A stretch of DNA of 64,000 nt, taken from an uncultured bacterium (GTDB taxonomy: Bacteria; Krumholzibacteriota; Krumholzibacteriia; Krumholzibacteriales; Krumholzibacteriaceae). A model generated the notes under the pieces. The model saw only the letters and a program-made list of their open reading frames with translations, was not told where the DNA came from and searched no databases. The translations under genes and the position numbers were made by a program. Where the stretch lies: assembly GCA_963786935.1 (NCBI GenBank), contig CAWBAN010000005.1, forward strand, positions 128,001 through 192,000, read 5' to 3'. Positions within the stretch are counted from its first letter, which is position 1. Each line of letters begins with the position of its first letter. This document shows positions 1-10,559 of this stretch, piece after piece.

Positions 1-2602
1 TGAATCCGAAAATGAGCTCTCGAAAGGCTTTTTGCTGCTCCTCGTAGTCGCCGCCGAAGAGAATGACGAAGTCCTTCGGGACCGGCACGGCGCGAAGCTC
101 GCGGCGGATGTCCCTGATCACCGAACCCATGTCGCGGCCGGTGTAATTCGCCTGGATCGTGATGATCCGTTCCTGGTCCTTGCGTTCGATGCGGACCGGG
201 CCTTCCTCCCGGACGGCGTCGACTACGTTGCGCAGGATGACGGGCTCGCCCCGGGCATTGATCGCGGTGAGGTCGAGCAGGTTGTCCAGGCTCTTCCGGT
301 CTTCCTCGCTGAGACGCACGAGAATGTCGTACTGCTTGCCTCCCTCGCGGAAATATGACGCGCGCGTGCCGCCGACTCCCGTCTGCAGGGCATCGCCGAT
401 GCGGGTCACGCCGAGACCGAGATCGGCCGCCTTCGCCCTGTTGATCCGGATGATCTGTTCGGGATTCCCTTCCTCGCGGCTGATCCGCGTATCGGTGATT
501 CCGGGGACCGTGCCGACCACCTCGTTGACCCGCCGCGCGAGCGCTTGGGCCGTCGCGAGGTCGTACCCGCGGATCTCGATGTTCACGCCGCTCTCGGTCT
601 GGGCGCCCATCCGCAGGACGAAGAGCCCCTCGCCGGCCCTCGTGCGGATGGTCACGCCCGGGAGGCCGGCGAGCGCGCCGCGGAGGTCGTTCGCGATCCG
701 CTCGCTGCTGCGGCGCCGCTCCCGTTGCGGGACGAGGGTAGCGCGCACCTCGGCCGTATGGCCGCCCGAGGCGCCCCAACCCCCGCCGCCGACGTTCGAC
801 ATGATCGAGACCGCCTCGGGAACCTTCGTGCGGACGATTTCCTCGACGGTCCGCGTCGCCTGGTCGACGATGGCGAGCTTCGTGCCCACCGCCATCTCGA
901 TATTGACCCGCACCTCCCCCTCGTCCGTCGCCGGCATCAGCTCCACGCCGATGAGCCGGGTCATGACGACGGAGAGCACGAAGAGACCGAGAGCCGAAAG
1001 AAGCACGGTCCGCTTGCGCGCGAGCGCCCGCTGGAGGAGGACCGAGTATCGCTGCTCGATCCGGCGGAACGCCTGCTCGCTGTACGCGTAGATCCGGTGC
1101 AGGCGATTCTCGTTCCGGTAATGCTCCGCCGGCTGGAACCGCAGGAATCGGGACGCGAGCATCGGAATGAGGGTGATCGCGACGACAAGCGAGCAGAGGA
1201 GGGCAAAGCTCACCACGACGGCCATCTGCCGGAACATGATCCCCGACATGCCGCGGATGAACACGACCGGAATGAACACGACGACGGTCGTCAGCGTGCT
1301 CGCCATGATCGCCGACCAGACCTCGGAGGAGCCGACGAGCGCGCTCCCGACGTTGTCGATACCCGTCTCGCGGTGGCGGTAGATGTTTTCGATGACGACG
1401 ATCGCGTTGTCGACGAGCATGCCGATGCCGAGGGCGAGCCCGCCGAAGGTGATGATGTTCAGCGTGTAGCCGGAGAAATACATGAGCCCGAAGGTGGCGA
1501 TGACCGAGATGGGTATCGCGGTCGAGATGATGATCGTGCTCGATACGTTTCGCAGGAAGAGAAACAGAATGAGGATCGCGAGGATTCCCCCGACGAGAGC
1601 GGCGCTCCCCATGTTGTTGATCGAATCCTTGATATAGACGGAGGTGTCGACGACGGGGATGAGCCGGAGCTGCGGAATATCGCGATTGATGCGATCCATC
1701 TCCGCGCGCACGCCCTCGGCGACGTTGACGGTGTTGGCGCCCGATTGCTTGCTGATCGACATGCGCAGCGCCGGCTTGCCGTCGATGCGGACGATCTGGC
1801 GGATCTCCTCCCAGGAGTCCTCGACGCCCGCCACGTCTCCGATGCGGATCGGCGCGCCGCCTCTCGTCGTGATGACCGTGTTACGGATCTCGTCGAGCGT
1901 GCGGTATTCCCCCTGCGTGCGGACGAGAACCTCGAGGTTTCCCTTGTCGTAGAGGCCGGCGGGAACGTTGCGGTTCTCGCTGCGTATGGCGCCGAGCACC
2001 GCGTCGGTCGATATGCCGAGCGCCTTGAGCTGGGCGCCGCGGAGATTCACGTGTATCTGCCGGTTCAGTCCGCCGCGGACGTCGACGGAGGCGACGCCGG
2101 GCACCCGCTCGAGCCGGTATTTGACCTCATCCTCGACGATGCGGCGCAGGTCGAGGGGATTGAGATTGCCCGACGCGCTCAGGAACATGATGGGAAACGC
2201 CGAAAGATCGAACTTGCGGATCGTCGGCCTCGTGACGTCCTCGGGCAGGCGTCCGAGCACGCGGTCGATACGGTCGCGGATGTCGTTCGCCGCCACGTCG
2301 AGGTCCGTTCCCCACGAGAAGGCGACCCGCACCCTGCTCTGTCCCTCGGACGACGTCGAGGTGATCTCCTCGACGCCCTGAATCGCGGCGAGCGCCTCCT
2401 CGAGCGGCCGCGTAATCGACTCTTCCATCTCCTGCGGACCGACGTTGCCGTACTCGGTGACGACGGTGATGCTCGGAAAGGTGATTTCGGGCATGAGGTC
2501 GATGGAGAGGCGATTGAAGGAGACGATGCCGAGGGTGATCACGACCAGGAAAATGACGGCCGTGAGAATCGGTCGATGGATGGGTCCCTGCGCTATATTC
2601 AT
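1..2602 (-). CDS. RND efflux permease, AcrB/AcrD/AcrF family (3' end runs off the window)
   Basis: Not in ORF track because there is no stop in the window. Manual translation from ATG 2602 gives MNIAQGPIHRPILTAVIFLVVITLG...LSIDLMPEITFP..., with later GLALGIGMLVDNAIVVIENI and STLTTVVVFIP motifs. ATGA overlap with the upstream MFP stop. Confidence 0.93.
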   Translation of the reverse strand, partial: MNIAQGPIHRPILTAVIFLVVITLGIVSFNRLSIDLMPEITFPSITVVTEYGNVGPQEMEESITRPLEEALAAIQGVEEITSTSSEGQSRVRVAFSWGTDLDVAANDIRDRIDRVLGRLPEDVTRPTIRKFDLSAFPIMFLSASGNLNPLDLRRIVEDEVKYRLERVPGVASVDVRGGLNRQIHVNLRGAQLKALGISTDAVLGAIRSENRNVPAGLYDKGNLEVLVRTQGEYRTLDEIRNTVITTRGGAPIRIGDVAGVEDSWEEIRQIVRIDGKPALRMSISKQSGANTVNVAEGVRAEMDRINRDIPQLRLIPVVDTSVYIKDSINNMGSAALVGGILAILILFLFLRNVSSTIIISTAIPISVIATFGLMYFSGYTLNIITFGGLALGIGMLVDNAIVVIENIYRHRETGIDNVGSALVGSSEVWSAIMASTLTTVVVFIPVVFIRGMSGIMFRQMAVVVSFALLCSLVVAITLIPMLASRFLRFQPAEHYRNENRLHRIYAYSEQAFRRIEQRYSVLLQRALARKRTVLLSALGLFVLSVVMTRLIGVELMPATDEGEVRVNIEMAVGTKLAIVDQATRTVEEIVRTKVPEAVSIMSNVGGGGWGASGGHTAEVRATLVPQRERRRSSERIANDLRGALAGLPGVTIRTRAGEGLFVLRMGAQTESGVNIEIRGYDLATAQALARRVNEVVGTVPGITDTRISREEGNPEQIIRINRAKAADLGLGVTRIGDALQTGVGGTRASYFREGGKQYDILVRLSEEDRKSLDNLLDLTAINARGEPVILRNVVDAVREEGPVRIERKDQERIITIQANYTGRDMGSVIRDIRRELRAVPVPKDFVILFGGDYEEQQKAFRELIFGF

Positions 2603-3795
2603 GAGCCTGATTTCGCTTTCGCGCCTTCCGCCGGTGCGGGCGCCCCGCCGGATGAGTCTTTCGGAAGCAGCACGGGGCTGCCGTCCTCGAGCAGATGCTG
2701 GCCGAGCGTCACGACGCGTCCCTCGAGCGCGGGAGAGAGCACCTCGGTGAGGTCCGGCGTCGCGATGCCCGCCTCCACGGGAACGTAGCGGGCGACGCTC
2801 TCATCCCCGGGCACCATGAAGACGCCCGTTCCGCCGTTGCGGCTCACCATCGATCTCGTGGGAACGATCTGCGCGCGGTTCTTCGAAGCGATCATCACCT
2901 GGGTGCGGGCGAACATCCCCGGTTTCAGGAGGAGCGAGTCGTTCCTCACCTCGACTTCCATCTGCGCCACGCGCGATTCCTCGAGCAGCATCGGCGCGAT
3001 CCGCGAGACGCGCCCCGAGAAGCGTCTCGAGGCGAATGCGTCGACGGTCACCGTCGCCGGCTGCCCCGCGCTGATGAGACGGTAATCGCGCTCCGTGATC
3101 GTCGTCCGCACGATGACGCTGCCGATTTCAATGACCGACGCGACCGCCGCGTTGGGCGCGAGCAGCGCGCCCTCGTCGACGAATCGCTCGCCGATATAGC
3201 CGGCGCGCGTCGCGGTCAGGCGCGTGTAGCCGAGCCTGATGCGCGACGACTCGAGAGACGCCTGGCGCTGCTCCACCTGGGCCTGCGCCAGGCGGTAGCG
3301 CGATTCCTTCGCGGTGAAATCCGAAACGGCGGCGTCGACCTCCGCGTTCGAGGCGAGCTCCTTGGCCCGGAGCGACTCCATCCGTTCCTTCTGGTCCCGG
3401 GAGAGCTCGAGCTGGCTGCGCGTGTCGATGACCGAGGCCTCGGCTATCTTCAGATTCGCCTCCGCCTCGCGCACCGCCTGCTGGTATTCCGCGTCGTCGA
3501 TCCGGGCGATCAATTCACCCGCGCGGACCCGGTCGCCGATGCGCTTGCGGATCTCGACCACCCTGCCCGACACCTTCGGCGCGACGACGTACTGATTGTA
3601 TGGATACACGGAGCCCGTGAACTCGCGGATCTCGCGAATCGGGCCGAAGCGGACGCTGTCCACCTCGACCGCGACGGCGGCCGTCTGGCGCTGCCGGTTG
3701 TCGTCCCCCGATCCCTTCACGATGAGCATCACGATTCTCACCGCGAGCGCGGCGACGACGACGATGACTGGAATGAGGTAAAGACGTTTTTTCAT
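2599..3795 (-). CDS. RND efflux periplasmic adaptor (membrane fusion protein)
   Basis: N-terminal TM anchor, VAPKVSGRV...GDRVRAGELIARID lipoyl half-motif, coiled coil, LLKPGMFA. Directly upstream of the RND permease. Confidence 0.93.
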   Translation of the reverse strand: MKKRLYLIPVIVVVAALAVRIVMLIVKGSGDDNRQRQTAAVAVEVDSVRFGPIREIREFTGSVYPYNQYVVAPKVSGRVVEIRKRIGDRVRAGELIARIDDAEYQQAVREAEANLKIAEASVIDTRSQLELSRDQKERMESLRAKELASNAEVDAAVSDFTAKESRYRLAQAQVEQRQASLESSRIRLGYTRLTATRAGYIGERFVDEGALLAPNAAVASVIEIGSVIVRTTITERDYRLISAGQPATVTVDAFASRRFSGRVSRIAPMLLEESRVAQMEVEVRNDSLLLKPGMFARTQVMIASKNRAQIVPTRSMVSRNGGTGVFMVPGDESVARYVPVEAGIATPDLTEVLSPALEGRVVTLGQHLLEDGSPVLLPKDSSGGAPAPAEGAKAKSGS

Positions 3796-4114
3796 ATGTT
3801 CTTTCGCGAGCGCTGAAGTAGATAGGAATCTTGATTATTCGGGATTAAAAGTCAAAGAAAATCCAACGGCAGGAAACCGCGGCGTGCGGGGTCGTTCCCG
3901 CATGGATCCGTCGTTCCCGTTCGGGGAACGCTCTTCCCCCCGGCGGTCCTTTGTCCGAAACCGATGGCACGCGGGCGGTCCGCATCGAGCGCTCCTGCGC
4001 GCCCCGGCCGTCTTGTTTTGCCATCGTCCGTTTCGTTACTGCATTCACCCCCGTCATTCGGTATCTGCCCGGAAGCGACGGATCCGATAGCAATATCGAT
4101 AAGAGGCATTCTCC

Positions 4115-4147
4115 TTGACAACAGCCTTCTAATAATAATTATTATTA
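4115..4147 (+). promoter_or_regulatory. sigma70 -35 (TTGACA) followed by a Fur/PerR-like operator upstream of msrAB
   Basis: TTGACA at 4115-4120, then the perfect 18-bp palindrome TAATAATAATTATTATTA at 4130-4147, containing two overlapping TAATAAT-n-ATTATTA 7-1-7 boxes. Confidence 0.6.
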
Positions 4148-4207
4148 ATAATACCGTGGTCTGGCGGACGCGCGCATTATAAATCCGCCGCCGGGAGGGA
4201 TTCAAGG

Positions 4208-5266
4208 ATGAAGAGCTATCTATTTATATTACTAGCTGTTGCGTCGGCCGTTGTCGCATTCGGCGACTCGGCAGCGCCCGAGCGGGAGAAGGGAACTGAA
4301 ATCATGGAACAGGTAAAAAGACTTCAGATTGCAACCTTTGCCGGGGGCTGCTTCTGGTGCTCCGAAGCCGACTTCGAGAAGGTCGACGGCGTCGTGAAAG
4401 TGGTTTCGGGGTACACGGGCGGAGCAGCGGCGAATCCAACCTATGATCAGGTCTGTGGGGGGAAGACGGGGCACTTCGAGGCCGTGCAGGTCCATTACGA
4501 TTCGACGAAGGTGGGATACGAAAGGCTGCTCGAGGTTTTCTGGACGCACATCGATCCGACGGACGCCGGCGGTCAGTTCGCCGACAGAGGCCCCCAGTAC
4601 CGGAGCGCCATCTTCTACCATACGGACGAGCAGAAGCGCCTCGCCGAGCGCTCGAAGGCCTCGCTCGGCGCCTCGGGCGTCTTCGACGGGCCGATCGTGA
4701 CCGAGATCAGGGCGTTCACGAAATTCTACGAGGCGGAAAGCTATCATCAGGATTACTACAAAACGTGCTCCGCGCATTACGGGAGGTACCGCTCCGGCTC
4801 CGGACGGGACGCGTTCCTGAAGGCGATGTGGGGAGACGGGAAGAACACGATGAAAAAGAAGCTCACCCCGATGCAGTACAGCGTGACGCAGCAGTGCGGC
4901 ACCGAGCCTCCCTTCGCGAACGAGTACTGGGACAACCACCGCGAGGGGATCTACGTCGACGTCGTCTCGGGGGAGCCGCTCTTCAGCTCGCTCGACAAGT
5001 TCGATTCCGGCACGGGCTGGCCGAGCTTCACGAAGCCGCTCGATCCGGGCTCGGTCGTGGAGAAGGAAGACCGGAGCCTGATGTCCGCGAGGACCGAGGT
5101 CCGGAGCAAGCGCGGCGATTCGCACCTCGGCCACGTCTTCCCCGACGGGCCGCTTCCCGCAGGGCAGCGCTACTGCATCAACTCGGCGGCGCTCCGCTTC
5201 ATCCCGAAAGAGGATCTCGAGAAAGAGGGCTACGGCGAATATTTGAAGCTGTTCGATCGCAAGTGA
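4208..5266 (+). CDS. msrAB: Bifunctional peptide methionine sulfoxide reductase MsrA/MsrB with N-terminal signal-like segment
   Basis: MsrA GGCFWC and EAESYHQDY motifs; MsrB GTGWPSF, SHLGHVF and RYCINS motifs. Confidence 0.96.
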   Translation: MKSYLFILLAVASAVVAFGDSAAPEREKGTEIMEQVKRLQIATFAGGCFWCSEADFEKVDGVVKVVSGYTGGAAANPTYDQVCGGKTGHFEAVQVHYDSTKVGYERLLEVFWTHIDPTDAGGQFADRGPQYRSAIFYHTDEQKRLAERSKASLGASGVFDGPIVTEIRAFTKFYEAESYHQDYYKTCSAHYGRYRSGSGRDAFLKAMWGDGKNTMKKKLTPMQYSVTQQCGTEPPFANEYWDNHREGIYVDVVSGEPLFSSLDKFDSGTGWPSFTKPLDPGSVVEKEDRSLMSARTEVRSKRGDSHLGHVFPDGPLPAGQRYCINSAALRFIPKEDLEKEGYGEYLKLFDRK

Positions 5267-5452
5267 GGCTCTCAAAGGGCAGCGAAGCCCTCCCGCCATC
5301 ATTCCAATAGCGCGGCGCGCGGCGGAATGTTATAATTTAAGTGCAAGAAGCGGATTCGAAAAACCAATCGCGCACAATGAATCGAATGCGGCCCCGCCAG
5401 CCGCACTCCGCCTCGATGCCGGATGCATCTCGTGAAAAGGGGGGCGATCGAT

Positions 5453-7555
5453 ATGCAGAGCCGCTCTGTCATCCTCATCGGTCTCGTCGCGTGCGCCGCT
5501 TTCGCGCTCTGCCCGCCGGGGAGCGCGCGGGCGCGGGATATCAATCCGGTCCCGTCAAGCAAGGATGCCGTGGGTCCCCGGCGCGTGCTCGTGCTAGACG
5601 GGAGCTTCGTTCACAACGTCGGCCAGCTCCAGATGCACATGAGCAACTGGGGCATCTTCGGATCGATGCCGGGCTCTTCGATGCCGTTTTCCTTCGCGCC
5701 TTCGGCACAGTGGCCTGCGGGGAGCGGCATTGAGTATCTCTATGTGGGCGGCCTCTGGATCGGAGCGAGAATCGGCGGCGTTCCGTCGGTATCGACTTCG
5801 GTCTATGAGTGGGAGTTCAGGCCGACGGACGATCCGATCGATGCGATCTACCGGACGAACGAAGGCGTCCCCGGGGGCAACCGTTATCCGTTCCCGGGCG
5901 CCGACGACGATCGCGACGGGCGCTTCGACGAGGACCGTCTCGACGGCCGGGACAACGACGGCGACGGCCGCGTCGACGAGGATTTCGCCGCGATCTCGAA
6001 GCAGATGTTCACGAGCTGGTACACCGACAATCATCCTCTGATTTCACAGCCCTATCCAGTGCACCGGCCGCTGCCCATCAAGGTCGAGCAGGAAAGCTAT
6101 CAGTGGGATGACCCGCTCTTCGACGATTTCGTCGGTGTGACGCTGAAGATCACGAACGTCGGCGCTGAAACACTCGAACAGATATATCTCGGCGTCTTCG
6201 CCGACATGGACGCGGGGCCGCGGGGCGGGCCGGACTCGCTGGACTACTGGCTTGACGATGCCCAGAACGCCTTTTTCGGCACGAGAAGCACCGAGCTCGG
6301 ACCGGCATATCTCAACGTCATGTACTTGTATGACGCGGATGGGGATGGGGGGCGGACCCCGGGATATTTCGGTTGCATGCTCCTCGGGCATACACTGGAT
6401 CCGCTCGGCCAGAATGCGCCATCGGCGGTCAGGGCATTCACCTACCGGGCATTCAGCGGCAGTCAGCCGTACGAGAACGGCGGCGATCCCGATAACGATT
6501 TTCAGCGGTACGAAGTGCTGGCGACGCATCGGATCGACATGAATCTCGCCGCGCCGCGCGATTATCGCGGTCTCATGGGCACGGGGCCGTTCGCGCGGCT
6601 CATGCCGGGAGAATCGATCGAGCTCCATTTCGGATTCGTCGCGGGCATGGGGCTCGCCGGAATGCTGGAGAACGCCGCAAGGGCGCAGCGCCTGTTCGAC
6701 GGCACGTGGTATGACGTCGATCGAGACCCGGCGACGGGCGTCGACGGCAAGGAGACGCAGGTTCACTGGGTGCTCGGAAGGCCTTTCGAGATCGAAGCGG
6801 CCATGGATATCCGCCCGGGCTCCTGCCCGAATCCGTTCAACATGAACAAGGCCGACATCGCGGCCTCCGGCAATCCGTATAAGGGAGGCGTTCTGCCCGT
6901 GGCGATTCTCGGAGCCGCGAACTTCGACGTCCGCGACGTCGTGCGCTCTTCGGTTCGCCTGGAGGGTGTGGCGCCGCTATTCGACAAGAAGCCGCACTAC
7001 GAGGACGTTTCCCGCCCGCCGTCGAGCACGGAGCCGTGCGCGTGCACGTCGGAAGGCCCCGACGGCCGTCCCGATCTCCTGCTCAAGTTCTCCGATCGGG
7101 AGATCGCCCTCGCCATCGAGAGCGCGGGCGCGCCCGCGCGCGGCGGAACGCGCACGCTGACGCTGACCGGCTCGCTGAGCGACGGCACGCCCTTCGGGGC
7201 GGAGGACTGCGTCGTCCTCGTCGGGCTGCCGGATACAAAGCCGGATGACAGGCCCGACGACGAGCCGGACAACAAGCCGGGCGACCGCCGCCGCAGGCCG
7301 GAGCTCCTCGCGGCCTCGCCGAACCCCTTCAATCCCGCGACGAGCGTGGAGTATTACCTGCCCGAACGTCAGCGCGTGAAGATCACCGTGTTCGACGTCT
7401 CCGGCCGGACGGCCGCCGTGATCGTGGACGGCGTGCAGTCGGCGGGGGATCACGTCGCGCGGTGGCAGGCGAGCGGTTTTTCGAGCGGCATCTATTTCTG
7501 CCGCCTCGAGGCGGGGGGCGTTGTGTCGACGAAGAAGATCGTTTTGCTGCGGTAA
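5453..7555 (+). CDS. Secreted protein with Asp-rich DxDxDGxxDED repeats and a C-terminal T9SS type-A/FlgD-like domain
   Basis: Signal peptide, DDDRDGRFDED and DNDGDGRVDED repeats, C-terminal SPNPFNP...SSGIYFCRL...KKIVLLR. Start chosen at ATG 5453. Confidence 0.8.
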   Translation: MQSRSVILIGLVACAAFALCPPGSARARDINPVPSSKDAVGPRRVLVLDGSFVHNVGQLQMHMSNWGIFGSMPGSSMPFSFAPSAQWPAGSGIEYLYVGGLWIGARIGGVPSVSTSVYEWEFRPTDDPIDAIYRTNEGVPGGNRYPFPGADDDRDGRFDEDRLDGRDNDGDGRVDEDFAAISKQMFTSWYTDNHPLISQPYPVHRPLPIKVEQESYQWDDPLFDDFVGVTLKITNVGAETLEQIYLGVFADMDAGPRGGPDSLDYWLDDAQNAFFGTRSTELGPAYLNVMYLYDADGDGGRTPGYFGCMLLGHTLDPLGQNAPSAVRAFTYRAFSGSQPYENGGDPDNDFQRYEVLATHRIDMNLAAPRDYRGLMGTGPFARLMPGESIELHFGFVAGMGLAGMLENAARAQRLFDGTWYDVDRDPATGVDGKETQVHWVLGRPFEIEAAMDIRPGSCPNPFNMNKADIAASGNPYKGGVLPVAILGAANFDVRDVVRSSVRLEGVAPLFDKKPHYEDVSRPPSSTEPCACTSEGPDGRPDLLLKFSDREIALAIESAGAPARGGTRTLTLTGSLSDGTPFGAEDCVVLVGLPDTKPDDRPDDEPDNKPGDRRRRPELLAASPNPFNPATSVEYYLPERQRVKITVFDVSGRTAAVIVDGVQSAGDHVARWQASGFSSGIYFCRLEAGGVVSTKKIVLLR
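7238..7285 (+). repeat. Degenerate 12-bp tandem repeat x4 encoding the KPDD-RPDD-EPDN-KPGD linker
   Basis: AAGCCGGATGAC AGGCCCGACGAC GAGCCGGACAAC AAGCCGGGCGAC, just before the C-terminal sorting domain. Confidence 0.7.
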
Positions 7556-7588
7556 CGCGAGCAGCGCGGCCGCACGGCCCGGATTCCG

Positions 7589-8275
7589 TCAGGAGAGCAG
7601 CGTCGCGAAGAGCCCCGAGAGAACGATTCCGTCGAAGGTGCCCGCGCCGCCGATGCTGATGATCCCGGCGCCGCCGTGCACGATCCGGCGGAGGTTGAGG
7701 AGGTCCGCACCCACGAGCGGACCGAGCACCCCGGCCGTGAACGCGACCGGCGGCGCGAACTCCCGCATGAAGATGAAACCGCACGCCGCGGCCGCGAGCG
7801 CGGGCACGAGCGGCGGCAGCACGACGCCGACGTTCGGCACGGGGCGGGCGAGACGGAAGCAGAGCCCCGCGTTGACCGCGACGGCGCCCGCGGTGATCCA
7901 GAGCGCCGCAGGCCCACGCCCGGCGATCCTCGAGAGCTCATAGGCGACGAGCATGCACGGAATCACGCAGCCGCCCACGTTGACCGCGATGACGGTCGAC
8001 GAGGGCTGGCGAAACCACTGGGGGAAGATGCGCCCGGCGCCGTAGAGCCCGAGCGGCGCCGTATCGACCGACATGACGCGGGGGACTCTTTTCAGGGGAA
8101 TGTTGAAGAGCCCGCCGATGAACATCGCGATGACGACCGCGAGCGACGCCCCCGCGCTCAATCCGAGCTTGGCCAGCGCCGACGCCATCGCGTCGGCGAG
8201 AAAGATGGGGAAGAGGATCGCGAGCACCACGACCAGCAGAAGCGGCAGGCATCCGAACGGCGCGATTCGAAACAC
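7589..8275 (-). CDS. DUF1614-like membrane protein
   Basis: Polytopic hydrophobic protein with IAVNVGG, GVLGPLVGADLLNL and SIGGAGTFDGI motifs. Confidence 0.82.
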   Translation of the reverse strand: MFRIAPFGCLPLLLVVVLAILFPIFLADAMASALAKLGLSAGASLAVVIAMFIGGLFNIPLKRVPRVMSVDTAPLGLYGAGRIFPQWFRQPSSTVIAVNVGGCVIPCMLVAYELSRIAGRGPAALWITAGAVAVNAGLCFRLARPVPNVGVVLPPLVPALAAAACGFIFMREFAPPVAFTAGVLGPLVGADLLNLRRIVHGGAGIISIGGAGTFDGIVLSGLFATLLS

Positions 8276-8292
8276 GTTGTGATCTCCCCGAT

Positions 8293-8332
8293 AAAAAGTT
8301 CGACGCCGCCCGGCTCGCCGCGCGGCGTCGAA
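8293..8332 (-). terminator. Rho-independent terminator after the M3 peptidase
   Basis: 11-bp stem TTCGACGCCGC/GCGGCGTCGAA followed by a U-tract on the minus strand. Confidence 0.65.
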
Positions 8333-8381
8333 TATCCGTGAAGCGCCCGATGAGACTCGATCGGTCCGTGCGCCCGCGCGA

Positions 8382-10481
8382 TCAGTCGAGCCCGCGGCGC
8401 TTCAGCAGCGGCTCGATCGCCGGGTCCTTACCCCTGAACTTCCGGTACAGCGCCATTTCATCCTCGATGCTGCCCGAGGCGAGGATGTACTTCCGGTAGG
8501 CGGCCGCCGTCTTCTGGTCGAAGAGGCTCGTCTCCTTGAACGCCTGGAACGCGTCGGCGTCGAGCACCTCGGCCCAGATGTAGCTGTAGTAGCCCGCCGC
8601 GTAGCCGCCGTCCCCGAAGATGTGAGCGAAGTAGGTGCTGCGGTAGCGCGAGATGATCTCCGGGATGAGGCCGATGCGGCCGAGCGAGGCCGTCTCGAAG
8701 GCGTTCGCGTCCGCCGCCGGCGGCGCGCTCAGCGTGTGCCAGTCCATGTCGAGAAGCGAGGCGGCGAGATACTCCGTTGTCGCGAATCCCTGATTGAACG
8801 TGCTCGATTTCCTGATCTTCTCGATGAGGGCGTCCGGGATCGGCTCTCCCGTCTTGTAGTGCCGCGCGTACATCTTCATGAACTCCGGATCGGTGGCCCA
8901 GTTCTCCATGATCTGCGACGGGAGCTCGACGAAATCGGTCGCCACGTTCTGCACCGTCGGATAGGAGACCTCCGTGAGAAGGCTGTGCAATCCGTGCCCG
9001 AACTCGTGGAACAGGGTCGTTACCTCGTCGAAGTTGAGGAGGGAGGGAGTGTCCCCCGCGGGGCGGACGAAGTTCCCGCAGTTCGTGACGAGGGGCGTCT
9101 CGATCTTCCCGCCGATGTCCGAAGCGTTGCGGAAGCCCCCGCACCAGGCGCCCCCCTGCTTGTTGTCGCGCGGGTAGTAGTCGGTGTAATAGAGCCCGAT
9201 ATGCTTCCCGTCAGCCTCTTTCACCTCGTACACGCGCACCTCGGGGTTGTACTTCGGGATGTCCGTCCGCTCCGTGAAGGTGATGCCGAAGAGCTTGTTG
9301 GCGAGCATGAAGGCGCCGGCGCGCACGTTCTCGAGCTCGAAGTACGGCCGGAGCATCTCGTCGTCGAGGTCGAACTGCGCCTTCCGCACCTTCTCGGCGT
9401 AGTACCACCAGTCCCACGACGCGAGCTTGAAGCCACCGCCTTCCGTGTCGATCATCTGCTGGAACAGGCCGGCTTCCGATTTGGCGCGCGCGCGAGCCGG
9501 CGTCCAGAGCTTGCCGAGGAAGTCGTACACGGCCGAGGGTTTTTTCGCCATCGATTCCTCGAGGGCGAAATCAGCGTGGGTTTTGTAGCCCAGAAGCTGC
9601 GCGCGCTTGATACGCAGATCCACGATGCGCAGGAGCGTCTTCTTGTTGTCGAGCTCGTCGTTGTGGTCGCCCCGCGTGATATAGGCCTTGTATATCTTTT
9701 CCCGGAGATCGCGGCGCTCGGAATATTGGAGGAAGGGGATCATGCTCGGCTTGCGGACCGTGAAGACCCACGTTCCTTCGTGTCCGAGCTGCCGCGCCGC
9801 CTCCGCGGCGGCGGTCACCACACCTTCGGGAAGCCCCGCGAGATCGGCCTTGCTCTCGATGACGAGCTCGAACTTGTTCGTCTCCGCGAGGAGATTCTCC
9901 TCGAACTGGAGCCCGAGGACGGAGAGCTCCTTGTTGATCTCTCCGAGCTTCGCCTTGTCCCCGTCGCTCAGGTTCGCGCCGTTGCGGACGAATTGGCGAT
10001 ACGTCTTCTCGAGGAGCCGCTTCTGCTCCTGATTCAACGAGAGCTTGTCCCGCCCGTCGTAGACCGCCTTGATGCGGGCGAAGAGCTTCGCGTCGAAAAG
10101 GATCTCGTCGTAGTGAGCCGACTGGACCGGCGCGATTTCCTGCGCGATCCGCTGCAGCTCGTCGCTCGTGTTCGCCGAGCTCATGCTCCGAAAGATGTTA
10201 TCGACGCGCGTGAGCGTCTCGCCGCTCGCCTCGAGCGCCTCGATCGTGTTCGCGAAGGTGGGCGCCGCGGGATTCGAGGCGATCGCCGCGATCTCCACGC
10301 GGTGCAGCCGCATCGCTTCCAGGTACGCCGGCTGGTAGTGCTCGACGAGGATCTTGTCGAACGGCGGAGCGCCGAATGGGGCGGTAAACTTCCCGAGAAG
10401 GGGATTGTCCGCCGCTGCGGCGAACGAGCAGAGCATCGCCGAGACGGCGAGAGCGAGCAGGAACAGGAACGCTTTTCTCAT
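8382..10481 (-). CDS. dcp: M3A metallopeptidase (peptidyl-dipeptidase Dcp-like), secreted
   Basis: FHEFGHGLH zinc motif, DFVELPSQIMENW, GYAAGYYSYIWAEVLDAD; signal peptide. Confidence 0.92.
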   Translation of the reverse strand: MRKAFLFLLALAVSAMLCSFAAAADNPLLGKFTAPFGAPPFDKILVEHYQPAYLEAMRLHRVEIAAIASNPAAPTFANTIEALEASGETLTRVDNIFRSMSSANTSDELQRIAQEIAPVQSAHYDEILFDAKLFARIKAVYDGRDKLSLNQEQKRLLEKTYRQFVRNGANLSDGDKAKLGEINKELSVLGLQFEENLLAETNKFELVIESKADLAGLPEGVVTAAAEAARQLGHEGTWVFTVRKPSMIPFLQYSERRDLREKIYKAYITRGDHNDELDNKKTLLRIVDLRIKRAQLLGYKTHADFALEESMAKKPSAVYDFLGKLWTPARARAKSEAGLFQQMIDTEGGGFKLASWDWWYYAEKVRKAQFDLDDEMLRPYFELENVRAGAFMLANKLFGITFTERTDIPKYNPEVRVYEVKEADGKHIGLYYTDYYPRDNKQGGAWCGGFRNASDIGGKIETPLVTNCGNFVRPAGDTPSLLNFDEVTTLFHEFGHGLHSLLTEVSYPTVQNVATDFVELPSQIMENWATDPEFMKMYARHYKTGEPIPDALIEKIRKSSTFNQGFATTEYLAASLLDMDWHTLSAPPAADANAFETASLGRIGLIPEIISRYRSTYFAHIFGDGGYAAGYYSYIWAEVLDADAFQAFKETSLFDQKTAAAYRKYILASGSIEDEMALYRKFRGKDPAIEPLLKRRGLD

Positions 10482-10559
10482 GGTTTCGGATCCTCCTGCG
10501 GTTTGAGCGTGTCGCGCATGAAGACGACTTCGGGGGAGCTTACCAGCCCGATAGGTGAT

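Noticed and set aside
4208..5266. Selenocysteine in MsrAB or in the 44484 thioredoxin
   Set aside because: All catalytic positions are ordinary Cys codons with no in-frame TGA.
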